From the NCBI GenBank assembly GCA_022561385.1, contig JADFRG010000007.1, positions 14,498 to 78,497 of the forward strand: a stretch of 64,000 bases of DNA, in the 5' to 3' direction. The notes under the pieces are model-generated. The model saw only the letters and a list, made by a program, of their open reading frames with translations, made no database searches and had not been told where the DNA came from. The DNA comes from Chloroflexota bacterium. Lineage in GTDB: Bacteria > Chloroflexota > Anaerolineae > Anaerolineales > E44-bin32. Made by a program: the position numbers and the translations under genes. Below, one piece after another: positions 1 through 9,212 of this stretch (its first letter is position 1; each line of letters begins with the position of its first letter).

Positions 1-1
1 G

Positions 2-610
2 ACGTGCACCTGGCAGCCAGAATACGTCGAACTCGTGGAGCGGCAATGGGATGAGGTGATCGCCCCTTTTTGGGAGGGGGTCGCGAGCAAGGCGCGCGAG
101 CTTGGGGTACGAATTGCAATTGAGATGCATCCGGGTCAGGCCGCGTATAACACTCGGTCGCTCCAGCGGCTTCGCGAAATAGGGGGGAAGGATGTGATCG
201 GCGCGAATCTGGATCCAAGCCACCTGTTCTACCAGGGCATGGAGCCGGATGTTGTCGTTCGCGCGCTCGGTCCTGGAGCGGTGTTTCACGTACACGCCAA
301 AGACACTCGCCTCAATCCGCATGAAATTGCGCTTAACGGCACGCTCGACATACGTCCGATGACCAAGGCCGGGGAAAGGACCTGGGAATACGTGACGCTC
401 GGATTCGGCCACGGCGAGTTGTTCTGGCGGAACTTCCTGAGCACCCTGCGTATTATGGATTATGATGGCGTTCTCAGCATCGAACATGAGGACCTGCTGA
501 TGAGCCCACATGAAGGAATTGAGAAAAGTATCTCATTCCTTCAAGGACTGACACCGCGCACGACCCCTGATCGCTCGCTTGAGGGGTCTATAGGCGCTCC
601 CAAGGTCTGA
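2..610 (+). CDS. Sugar phosphate isomerase/epimerase (xylose isomerase-like TIM barrel), 5' end cut by the window edge
   Basis: The frame is open from base 2. The IEMHPG...NLDPSH...HAKD...SIEHED motif pattern is typical of AP endonuclease 2/xylose isomerase-like TIM barrels. Confidence 0.7.
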   Translation, partial: TCTWQPEYVELVERQWDEVIAPFWEGVASKARELGVRIAIEMHPGQAAYNTRSLQRLREIGGKDVIGANLDPSHLFYQGMEPDVVVRALGPGAVFHVHAKDTRLNPHEIALNGTLDIRPMTKAGERTWEYVTLGFGHGELFWRNFLSTLRIMDYDGVLSIEHEDLLMSPHEGIEKSISFLQGLTPRTTPDRSLEGSIGAPKV

Positions 611-730
611 GATCAGACCGCTCAATCGCAAGCAATTTCTTGTGAGCAACGAAGGGAGGTGGACCGCACCCGATCGTTTATTTTGAAACTCAGCATACAG
701 CCCCTTTATTCTTCCAAGGAGGAGAACTCG

Positions 731-1846
731 ATGAAGTCAGTTTGGAAAATAGTTGGCCTATTACTTCTGGGTGGATTACTCACTGCTGCCTGTGCCACGC
801 CGACGCCAATCGTGCAAACGGTAATTGTTGAGAGCGAGGTAGAGGTCGAGGTCACGCGTGAAGTCGAAGTCGAAGTCGAGGTCGTGGTCGAGCCCACCCC
901 AATCGGTGGCCAGCTGACCCTTTACGCTTGCCTATTCGATCCCGACAAGCTGGCCGTAATATTCGAGACGTTCAAGGCTCAGTTTGGCGTCGACGTCACG
1001 TGCCTTGATATGAGCAGCGGCGAGGCACTGGAGCGAATCAGGGCCGAGAGCGAGAATCCGCAGGGAGACGTGCTGTTTGGCACGACCAACCTGTCACACG
1101 TAAATCTGGCGGTCGGCGATCTGACCCAACCCTATAAGGGGTCTGGTTGGAACCAGCTGCCCGATGGCCGGATCAAGGACCCGGATGGTTACTGGACCGG
1201 TTTCTACTACGGAGTCTTGGGATTCGCCTGCAGCCCGGAGCGGCTTGCGGATATCGGCGCGGAATGCCCGACCTCATGGGCCGACTTGCTGGATCCGATC
1301 TACGAAGGCGAAATCGTCATCGCTAGCCCGGCAGCCTCCGGCACCTCATACACGGTGCTGAGTGGGCTCGTACAGCTGATGGGCGAAGATGAAGCCTTTG
1401 AGTGGTACGCTGAGTTCGACAAGAACGTGGCCCAGTACACCTCGTCCGGGAGCGCCCCAGGCAAACTGGCCGCGGCAGGAGAATTTGCCGTGGGGATCTC
1501 GTTCGCACACGATATCCAGGTGCAGCAGCAGAAAGGCCTACCGGTAGAGTTGACCTTCCCGTTGGAGGGCACGCCGTTTGAGATCGGTGGAATCTCGATC
1601 ATAAAAGGCGCCAAGAATGAAGCCGCGGCTCAGGCCTGGGTGGATCATGTCTTCACGCCGGCGTTTCAGCGCTATCACAACGATGTCGCCAATCGCATCC
1701 CAGTGGTGGATGGCGTGAACTTGGCCGAGGGCACCATTGGCCTGACTGACGTCAAGCTGATTGACGGGTACGATCCGACCGAATGGGCTGCCGTACGGGA
1801 TACGCTCGTCGCCCGGTGGCAGGACGAAATCGGTTCGAAGCGCTAG
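731..1846 (+). CDS. ABC transporter substrate-binding lipoprotein (family-1 Fe3+/polyamine-type SBP)
   Basis: ATG 731 is preceded by AAGGAGGAG. There is a signal peptide with lipobox LLTAAC followed by a VEVEV linker, and the gene is followed by permease and ATPase genes. The ORF-track start at 659 is probably too long. Confidence 0.75.
   Translation: MKSVWKIVGLLLLGGLLTAACATPTPIVQTVIVESEVEVEVTREVEVEVEVVVEPTPIGGQLTLYACLFDPDKLAVIFETFKAQFGVDVTCLDMSSGEALERIRAESENPQGDVLFGTTNLSHVNLAVGDLTQPYKGSGWNQLPDGRIKDPDGYWTGFYYGVLGFACSPERLADIGAECPTSWADLLDPIYEGEIVIASPAASGTSYTVLSGLVQLMGEDEAFEWYAEFDKNVAQYTSSGSAPGKLAAAGEFAVGISFAHDIQVQQQKGLPVELTFPLEGTPFEIGGISIIKGAKNEAAAQAWVDHVFTPAFQRYHNDVANRIPVVDGVNLAEGTIGLTDVKLIDGYDPTEWAAVRDTLVARWQDEIGSKR
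836..893 (+). repeat. Hexanucleotide (GAR-GTN) tandem repeat encoding an alternating Glu/Val linker inside the SBP gene
   Basis: The sequence gaggtagaggtcgaggtc...gaagtcgaagtcgaagtcgaggtcgtggtcgag translates to EVEVEVTREVEVEVEVVVE. Confidence 0.7.
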
Positions 1847-1944
1847 ATCGACTGAGCTCCAAAAGGGGGCAGGCCTAGCCTGCCCCCTTTGGTTCGCGGG
1901 CAATTCTTATTTGTCCCCTACGCGGAACATTCAGATTACCGTCC

Positions 1945-3831
1945 GTGCCTGAGCCCCTTACCTTCTCCGATTGGATCCGGAATCGGCGACCACTGCTCAT
2001 CATCGCGGGGATCCAGATCGTGTTGTTGGCCTTTATCGCCACTCGCGTGATGGATATCGTGATCGTCGAAGATTCTCGTGAGGTCGTAGATGGGGTCGAG
2101 ACGATAACCCTTCGACGGGAGCTGATTGGCGATCCCTTGCTGTTCGCGCTCGCCGCGGTCGGCATGGCCCTTCCCCTATCGTCCAAAAATCTGCGGCGTG
2201 AGCCGGTGATGCTGCTCACGGTGCAGCTTATGATCGTGGCGCTGCTGATATTCGTCCTTTGGCCTGTGGGCCAGATCTTCGTAGAGGGCTTCGAGGGATC
2301 TGGCGGAGATAAACGCTTCTCACTTGAGAATTACCAACGCCTGTTCAGCAGACCTATGGTCGCCCGGGCGTCCCGTAACACCGTACTGCTTGGGATCACC
2401 TCCGCCACCTTATCTACGTTGATTGGCGCGGTCGTCGCATACACTCTCACGCTTACCGACATTCCCTGGAAGAGAATTCTCAGGGTATTGGTGGTCCTGA
2501 CGTTGGTGTCGCCTCCATTTGCAGTGAGCTTTTCGTTCATCCTACTTTTTGGTCGACGGGGCTTGATCACATACGACCTTCTGGGAATACGCGCGTGGAG
2601 CATCTACGGTCCGGATGGGATCATTATGGTCCAGCTGATCAGCAACATTCCGCTGGCAGTATTGATTCTTATGGGTGTGTTTTCTTCAATGGATCGGGAT
2701 CTCGAAGACGCGGCGGAGGATTTGGGCGCCAAGACCTTCCGGCTGCTCAGGACGATTACCTTCCCCCTGGTCACGCCGGCCCTCCTGACGGCCTGGCTGC
2801 TTAATTTCATCTCATCCATCTCTGACTTTGGCAATCCGATGCTCATCGGAGGTGATTTTCAGCTGCTGGCTCCCCAGGCGTATATCCAGCGTGTGGAGTT
2901 GTTTGACCCGCAGCTCAGCGCCGCGTTGGCAGTTTTGCTGGTGATCCCGGCGCTCTTCGCCTTCGCGCTGCAACATTGGATCAGCAATCGCAAATCATAT
3001 GTAACCGTGACGGGAGGGGCACGTACGGGTCAGATTCGGAAACTGTCCGGATGGTTCAAATGGCCATTGTTCAGCATCGTGTTGTTCCTTGGAATGTTCA
3101 ACTTATTACTTTACGGTTCCATCTTTGTCGGGGCAGCCGTCAAGGCCTGGGGGTTTGATTTTTCGCTCACGCTGAGGAACGTAAAAGGTTTATTGATCGC
3201 AATTGGCGAGCTCAGAAACTCATTGTTCGTCGCTGCGGTAGCCGGAGTGTTAGGGGGTTTCATCGGAATTATTTTGGCTTCTCTGGTCACCCGCCGTCGT
3301 TTCGCGGGCCGGGGGGCGTTAGATTTTGCGGGTACGCTTATGTACGCTATCCCGGGCACAGTGGTCGGAATTGGGTACATCATCGCTTTTAATGCCGCTC
3401 CCTACCTCTGGACCGGGACATTTTTCATCATCATCGTTGCATTTGCGTTCAGGCGCCTACCGGTCGGCCTCCGGTCGGGAGTGGCGGCCGAAAAGCAGAT
3501 CGACCCCCACCTTGAGGAGGCCTCGCTGGATCTGGGTGCCTCTCGGCCGCGAACATTCGCAAAGGTGACGTTTCCACTGCTGCGCACCGCGTTTCTCGCC
3601 GGCGTGATCTATATCTTTATTCGTTCGATGACCGACCTGAGCGCGGCCATCTTCTTGAGTTCGGCCCGAACCCAACTTTTCACAGTACGGATGTTTAACG
3701 TGATGGTACGTGGCTCTCCAAGTGAGGCGGCTGCCTTTGCTGCCTTGCTTATTGTTATTATCATGCTGGCACTGGGCCTGCTCGGCAGACTAACCGGGAA
3801 GAGTTTCGTGGATCTATTTAGGATTACATAG
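1945..3831 (+). CDS. ABC transporter permease, fused two-domain type (FbpB/iron(III)-type)
   Basis: 628 aa and polytopic, with two copies of the EAA-like loop (EDAAEDLGAKTFRLLRTITFPL and EEASLDLGASRPRTFAKVTFPL). GTG start. Confidence 0.8.
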   Translation: MPEPLTFSDWIRNRRPLLIIAGIQIVLLAFIATRVMDIVIVEDSREVVDGVETITLRRELIGDPLLFALAAVGMALPLSSKNLRREPVMLLTVQLMIVALLIFVLWPVGQIFVEGFEGSGGDKRFSLENYQRLFSRPMVARASRNTVLLGITSATLSTLIGAVVAYTLTLTDIPWKRILRVLVVLTLVSPPFAVSFSFILLFGRRGLITYDLLGIRAWSIYGPDGIIMVQLISNIPLAVLILMGVFSSMDRDLEDAAEDLGAKTFRLLRTITFPLVTPALLTAWLLNFISSISDFGNPMLIGGDFQLLAPQAYIQRVELFDPQLSAALAVLLVIPALFAFALQHWISNRKSYVTVTGGARTGQIRKLSGWFKWPLFSIVLFLGMFNLLLYGSIFVGAAVKAWGFDFSLTLRNVKGLLIAIGELRNSLFVAAVAGVLGGFIGIILASLVTRRRFAGRGALDFAGTLMYAIPGTVVGIGYIIAFNAAPYLWTGTFFIIIVAFAFRRLPVGLRSGVAAEKQIDPHLEEASLDLGASRPRTFAKVTFPLLRTAFLAGVIYIFIRSMTDLSAAIFLSSARTQLFTVRMFNVMVRGSPSEAAAFAALLIVIIMLALGLLGRLTGKSFVDLFRIT

Positions 3832-4913
3832 TGGCGAGTGAAGCGAATTTTGCGACAGCCTCAATCAGGCTGGAAAATCTTTCTAAGCAGTTCAAAGAAA
3901 TCCTGGCAGTGGACGACGTCACGCTGGAGGTCGAACCGGGGACCCTGGTGTGCCTGCTGGGGCCCAGCGGCTGCGGAAAAACGACCACGCTTCGGATGAT
4001 TGCCGGCTTCGAAGATCCGACCTCTGGAAAGGTATTTATCGGCGATGAAGATGTCACCGAGATGCCGCCGTATGCGCGCCCCAGCGCCATGGTGTTCCAA
4101 AGCTACGCGCTCTTTCCGCACATGAGCGTCTATGAAAATGTCGCCTATGGATTGAAGGCCAGGCGAACTCCCAGGAGCGAAATCCGGACGAAGGTGCGGG
4201 AGGCGTTGGATCTGATAGAGCTGGAAGGACAGGACGATAAGTCTCCCTCTCAGCTTTCGGGGGGGCAACAGCAAAGAGTTGCGCTGGCGCGGGCACTGGT
4301 GATCCGTCCGAAGGTGCTGCTCTTTGACGAGCCCCTATCGAATTTGGATGCTCAGCTCAGGGTACGCATGCGGGGGGAGCTGCGCGACGTGCAGCGTCGG
4401 CTGGGGATCACAAGCGTGTACGTGACACACGACCAGGAAGAGGCCTTCAGTATCGCGGATGTTGTAGCCATTATGAACCAGGGTAGATTGACCCAGCTCG
4501 GATCGCCCCTCGATCTATACCGGAGGCCGGCCGATCGGTTTGTTGCAGAGTTCGTCGGACTGTCAAACGTTTTGCCGGCGGAGTTGGTAGGGTCGAACGA
4601 TAAGGGAGCCGACATTCGAGTACTGGGCCAGATGATCCACAGCCGGCAGGCGCCCACCAATCCCAGCGCGAGTATCTCTGTAGTTCTGCGACCCGAGGCG
4701 ATCCGGATTGTGACCGGCGAGGATTCCGGAATCCCCGCTCGGGTGCGCACTCTGGCTTACATTGGGCCAATCGCGCGCTACACCGTCGCCATTGATGGGG
4801 ACGGAACGGAGCTGATCGTCGATCTCTCCAATCCGGCATCGGACGAGTTTTACGAAGAAGGCACCGCGGTTCGGATCAGCTTACCTAAGGAAGTTCCGGC
4901 TCTGCTCAGCTAA
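3831..4913 (+). CDS. ABC transporter ATP-binding protein (PotA/FbpC-like, with C-terminal TOBE-like domain)
   Basis: Walker A GPSGCGKTT, signature LSGGQQQRVALARAL, Walker B LLFDEPLS. The start overlaps the permease stop. Confidence 0.9.
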   Translation: MASEANFATASIRLENLSKQFKEILAVDDVTLEVEPGTLVCLLGPSGCGKTTTLRMIAGFEDPTSGKVFIGDEDVTEMPPYARPSAMVFQSYALFPHMSVYENVAYGLKARRTPRSEIRTKVREALDLIELEGQDDKSPSQLSGGQQQRVALARALVIRPKVLLFDEPLSNLDAQLRVRMRGELRDVQRRLGITSVYVTHDQEEAFSIADVVAIMNQGRLTQLGSPLDLYRRPADRFVAEFVGLSNVLPAELVGSNDKGADIRVLGQMIHSRQAPTNPSASISVVLRPEAIRIVTGEDSGIPARVRTLAYIGPIARYTVAIDGDGTELIVDLSNPASDEFYEEGTAVRISLPKEVPALLS

Positions 4914-4917
4914 TAGA

Positions 4918-5445
4918 GTGGCGAACCGCATCCTCGCAGTTTGCCTCGATTTCGGAGACACGTTGGCCGACGAGGCCAGCGAGGTCAAAGACGACACGCT
5001 CACCGCGCTCCGCGCCGAATTGATTCCCGGCGCCGGTGAGCTCCTCCATGAGCTGAAGAGGCGCGGCTACAAGCTGGCGCTGGTCGCCGACGGTCGCCCG
5101 GGGACCTATTCCAATGTTTTGCGTCAACATTCCGTGCATGAGCTGTTTGATGTCTTCGCCATATCCGAGGAAGTCGGGGTTGAGAAGCCGGACCCGAGAA
5201 TGTTCGTGGCTGCACTCGACGCGCTCGACATCGAGTTGGAGGACTATGAGCGGACCGTGATGGTTGGCAACCGGTTGGATCGCGATGTCAGGGGAGCAAA
5301 TGACCTGGGGATGGTGAGCGTGTGGATCGATTGGTCAAGCAGGTACTACGCTGAGCCGAAAAATGATGCCGAGGTCCCGGACTTTACGATTCACGCGCCA
5401 TTAGAATTGTTGGACGTGCTGGACGAACTTGAGCGGGTTGATTAG
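4918..5445 (+). CDS. HAD-superfamily hydrolase (subfamily IA-like)
   Basis: The N-terminal motif is CLDFGDTL rather than the canonical DxD. Later motifs are VADG, EKPDP and MVGNRLDRDV. Confidence 0.7.
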   Translation: MANRILAVCLDFGDTLADEASEVKDDTLTALRAELIPGAGELLHELKRRGYKLALVADGRPGTYSNVLRQHSVHELFDVFAISEEVGVEKPDPRMFVAALDALDIELEDYERTVMVGNRLDRDVRGANDLGMVSVWIDWSSRYYAEPKNDAEVPDFTIHAPLELLDVLDELERVD

Positions 5446-5543
5446 CCAAAGTTAATCAGCCGCGACCTCAGCTGAACGTGCGGGGTAAGTTTGCGAAAGG
5501 TCGTATACGAGCGCAATCGAAATTTCGGATGGCCAGTACGCGG

Positions 5544-6353
5544 TCAGCCAAACGTGCTCGACAAACAATCTGGAAGATCCGCCGAATACTGACCGGCGCG
5601 GGGTTGGTTTTGCCCGGGTTCGCCGCATTCCAGCGCCAGCCACCCTCCATAGTCAATTTCGATCAAGGCCTCCAAGACCGGTCCAAAGGCCGTGCTCCCT
5701 TGTCCAGGCAATTTACGGTTGCTGTCCGCCAGGTGAACGTGGCCAATGTGGGCCCGGTTATCCAGGATGGCAGCCGGGATATCAGGCTCCTCCTGCGCCA
5801 TGTGAAATAGGTCCGCGACAATTCCTAGCCGTTTGTGGGCCGGCGGATCGATCACTGCGATGGCTTGTCCCAGGCGGTTGAGCAAGTGGGTCTCCTCCCG
5901 ATTGACCGGCTCGACCCAGAGTTGAACCTGCGCTCGGTCTGCCGCCTCGGCCAGTCTCTCCAGCTGCGCGCGGAGCAGCGCGCGCTCGAGCTGAATGGCC
6001 GTCTTGTAGGGTGACAGGTCGGGCAGCAGTGGGTCGAAAAAATGGGGTACATACACAACGCCGTCTGCGCCAATCCGTCCCGCAAGTTCAACCGCCTCTA
6101 CGAGCTCGGCCATCGCGCGGGCGCGCTCCTCCGGGTCCGGGTCCAAGAATCGAGATCGTCGGCCGTTGTTGATTGAGCTCGCCGCAACCGCTCCTCGTCC
6201 GCTCAGCCGCTCGATCTCGGCCGCCTGCCCTGGCAGATGTTCGCTCCAAAACTCAATGCCCTGAAGTCCGAGATCGGCGGCTTGCAGGAAGCGATCCTCG
6301 AGTTTAGGACCGGGCAGCATATCCTCTTGGATGGCGACCTTCCAATCTGTCAT
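5544..6353 (-). CDS. Sugar phosphate isomerase/epimerase (xylose isomerase-like TIM barrel)
   Basis: 269 aa with the LQGIEFW...VEPVNREE...HVHLAD...LECG pattern. It overlaps the upstream HAD gene by 4 nt. Confidence 0.75.
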   Translation of the reverse strand: MTDWKVAIQEDMLPGPKLEDRFLQAADLGLQGIEFWSEHLPGQAAEIERLSGRGAVAASSINNGRRSRFLDPDPEERARAMAELVEAVELAGRIGADGVVYVPHFFDPLLPDLSPYKTAIQLERALLRAQLERLAEAADRAQVQLWVEPVNREETHLLNRLGQAIAVIDPPAHKRLGIVADLFHMAQEEPDIPAAILDNRAHIGHVHLADSNRKLPGQGSTAFGPVLEALIEIDYGGWLALECGEPGQNQPRAGQYSADLPDCLSSTFG

Positions 6354-7093
6354 GAGATCAATTCGTAGTGAGCAAGAATGTCGCGGACCCCTTCCGTGGT
6401 AGCTTCCATAGATACGTATTCGACCAGGTCCTTGACGTTGGAGTTAGCGTTTGCCGGCGCCGCGCTATGCTCAACGAGCCGCAAGAACGGCAGATCGACG
6501 TCGGAATCTCCGACCCCAAGCATATTCGGAAACGGGATATCGACCATGCCTGCGAGATGTGCCAGACCCCTGCCCTTGTCGACGCCGCGCGGCAGGATGT
6601 TAAGGCAAGAGGTCGAATAGACCAGATCTACTCGCTCAGAGAGCGGTCCCAGCGCCTGGGCGGTCAAATCCCCGAGTTCCGACGTGCGGGTCGGATCATT
6701 CGCAAACAAGGTCAGGCTGTAGTGTTTCCCCAGCTGAAAGTAGGCGATCTCGTCTTGAACGAGGGTCTCTTCAAGGCGGGAGGTGACATCCGCGAAGCCG
6801 TTCAGGTACTCTTCAAGCTCGGGCAATGTCATGAATCGATAATCTGCGGGGACATAGAACCCGGCCCCGTTTTCGTACACGCCGGGCAGATGCCCGTCAA
6901 TCGCCTGGAGCATCGCTTCAAGGTAGGGTGCCGGTCGGCCGGTGCAGAAGGTGATGGCGGGACGCTCCGGATCTCTTCTGGCAGCTCGATTCATTGCGCT
7001 CAACTGTTCGAATAGATCGAGGTCCAGCGGTTGCGCCTCGCCACCGGTGACAACGCCGTCAATATCGAGCACGATCAATCGAATCTCGCTCAT
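6350..7093 (-). CDS. HAD-IIB (Cof/sugar-phosphatase-like) hydrolase
   Basis: LDIDGV N-terminal motif, FCTGR, and GVGDSDVDLPFL C-terminal motif. Confidence 0.7.
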   Translation of the reverse strand: MSEIRLIVLDIDGVVTGGEAQPLDLDLFEQLSAMNRAARRDPERPAITFCTGRPAPYLEAMLQAIDGHLPGVYENGAGFYVPADYRFMTLPELEEYLNGFADVTSRLEETLVQDEIAYFQLGKHYSLTLFANDPTRTSELGDLTAQALGPLSERVDLVYSTSCLNILPRGVDKGRGLAHLAGMVDIPFPNMLGVGDSDVDLPFLRLVEHSAAPANANSNVKDLVEYVSMEATTEGVRDILAHYELIS

Positions 7094-7325
7094 GAAAGGT
7101 GTCTGGGCTCCTTCGAGGTAGTAATCGGGCGGTAAATTTTGGATCGGGTAATCTGGGTTTCAGCTCGGGAATCGCCCCGCTTGCTGGACACAACGCGCAC
7201 GCTGAATTCGGTAACGAATTGTAGCGAGCACGGCCACGCCTGACAATAGCCACCTGCCGGAGATTGAGCCAAAGATCTAATGTGCCAATCTATGCATTAG
7301 TCTGATCCGCTCAATAGGAGGAAAA

Positions 7326-7691
7326 ATGGCAACGTAACCGGAAAATAACCTCGAGACCTCGGCCAGGGATCCGGCAGCCGCCGTCGAGTTTGACGGCAAA
7401 GTCTTCGGCTGGGGGATTTAGGTTGAGGAGAGCGTAAATTACGTGCAGTTCACCGCCGAGGAGGCCGGCATCGGTGGGGCCTTCACCCAGGTGGACGAAA
7501 ACAAGCCCGCCGGCACGCTCGTCCCATACGTCACGACCGACGATATCGAGGGTTCGCTGGAGAAGATTGGGTCAAATGGCGGGTCGACCGTTGTGCCGAA
7601 GACGGAGATCCCGGGCTTCGGCCACTTCGCGGTGTTCTCCGGTCCGACCGGCAACAGGATTGGGTTGTACGCCGGTAATCCGGAAGGCTAG
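7326..7691 (+). pseudogene. Decayed VOC/glyoxalase-family gene with in-frame TAA (7335-7337) and TAG (7419-7421)
   Basis: One frame reads MAT*PENNLETSARDPAAAVEFDGKVFGWGI*VEESVNYVQFTAEE...GFGHFAVFSGPTGNRIGLY. This aligns by eye with the intact VOC paralog at 52752-53120 (DPEKLAGFYGTVFGWEI...GTHAYFADPQGIIFGV). Confidence 0.55.
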
Positions 7692-7720
7692 CAGAATCCG
7701 ATTGACCATCTAACCAGGAG

Positions 7721-7754
7721 CGGGCGACCCATTTGGGTCGCCCGGTTTGTTTGG
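7721..7754 (+). terminator. Rho-independent terminator
   Basis: CGGGCGACCC-ATTT-GGGTCGCCCG followed by GTTTGTTTGG. Confidence 0.6.
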
Positions 7755-7841
7755 TCTTAGGTGTTTGTTGTGCAAGCTAGAAGTCACTTATTCCGAGGGT
7801 CGGTGATTCCCAAGGGAATAGTGTGAATTAGCGGTCCCACG

Positions 7842-9212
7842 CTACGGAATTGTGCTTCCAATGCTCCGAGAGCAAGCATTGTCAAACTGTACGTCAAGAA
7901 TGTAATCACCTGGTTGCACGGGGTTTTGGAATTTAAACCATAGCACGCGTATTGATCCTGAACTGAAAGTTCGATCCCCTTTCCAGTCTGAATTGATTGT
8001 CTCCTCCGGCGAGCTGCCATCTTCATCCCAAATCTTGTTCGGAGGGTCCAATTCGACTCTGTCCAGGTTGGCAGCGAAGGGCCACGCGACATAGATCTCG
8101 GTGATCATGATCGTTCCTGGCCATCCATTATTGATGGTCCAATGCACATCGTTTCCAGTCCAACCAAAATTGGATAGAGAAATGCTAACGCAATCGGGTG
8201 TCGGTGAGGGAGTAATGGGTGGCGGGGTAGGAGTCGGAGGTATCGGTGTCGCGGTGGGCGCAGGGTCGATGTAGAACTCGACCGACACCCATCCGCTGGG
8301 CACGCCCTCGTCATCCTGAAGCACCTTGGCCTTTATCCGATGCAGTCCCGTGCTGATCGGGGTCGAGCCCGGCCATTGGCCGGTGCTCAGATCATGTGTA
8401 AGGCAGAAAGGATCGTTGTCGCCAAAGGGGCAATATGCATCATTGCTCTCAAGCTCGGTGTGAACTAACAGCCAGCTGCTGCCGTCGAACCATTCAATCT
8501 TCATATGAACTTCGGGGTCGCCGGAGATCCCTTCCCCATCATCATCGGGGAAGGTGGCCGGCGTGGTCGAACAAGTCAACGGATTGACGTTGTCTGGATC
8601 GAAGGCGAAAGCTTGCCCGGGTAATTCATCGGCCAAGGTGAAACGTTGATCGGGAAGCGGAGAAATGATCTCGATGTAAGGTGGAGCTGTGCATACCGGC
8701 GTATTGGAGGGAGTCGCCGAGGGACCGGCAGTTGGAACATCAGTCTTAGTCGCAGTCGGCGTGCGGGATGGGGAAGCGGAGGGGCTTGGCGACACAGTCG
8801 CTGTGGCCGTGCCCGTCGCAAACGGACTTGGAGTTGACGTAGCGGTAGGCAAGACGGTCGGCGTGCCGGTCGGGTCGCCCGGTTTCGGAGTGACAGTCGG
8901 GACGGGGCTCTTCAAGCTGTCGCTGACGTCGGCCGCACGGGCGTCCGCGTCCTCTCCTTCAGGCTCGCGATCTCGGATAACGGCCTTCACGATGCTGATA
9001 CTCAGGCTCCTCAACCGGCCCGGAAGCTTGTCCTTCCCGTAGTTAGCCAGCGCGTCTGAACCCAGGGGGGCGGGAATAAAAGACTCCGCCTCTCCCAGGG
9101 AGACGTTTGCAAACAGCAGCCAATAGCAGCCCGCAGCGGCCAATAAAAACAGCGGCAGGAACATTAAGATTGCCCGCCTACGACGGCCATCGTCGTGTTT
9201 ATCTTCCGTCAT
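7842..9212 (-). CDS. Membrane-anchored secreted protein with Pro/Thr-rich linkers and two Cys-containing globular modules; function unknown
   Basis: 456 aa with an N-terminal TM helix and long PT/ST-rich spacers. The start overlaps the stop of the upstream HD-GYP gene by 4 nt. Confidence 0.55.
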   Translation of the reverse strand: MTEDKHDDGRRRRAILMFLPLFLLAAAGCYWLLFANVSLGEAESFIPAPLGSDALANYGKDKLPGRLRSLSISIVKAVIRDREPEGEDADARAADVSDSLKSPVPTVTPKPGDPTGTPTVLPTATSTPSPFATGTATATVSPSPSASPSRTPTATKTDVPTAGPSATPSNTPVCTAPPYIEIISPLPDQRFTLADELPGQAFAFDPDNVNPLTCSTTPATFPDDDGEGISGDPEVHMKIEWFDGSSWLLVHTELESNDAYCPFGDNDPFCLTHDLSTGQWPGSTPISTGLHRIKAKVLQDDEGVPSGWVSVEFYIDPAPTATPIPPTPTPPPITPSPTPDCVSISLSNFGWTGNDVHWTINNGWPGTIMITEIYVAWPFAANLDRVELDPPNKIWDEDGSSPEETINSDWKGDRTFSSGSIRVLWFKFQNPVQPGDYILDVQFDNACSRSIGSTIP

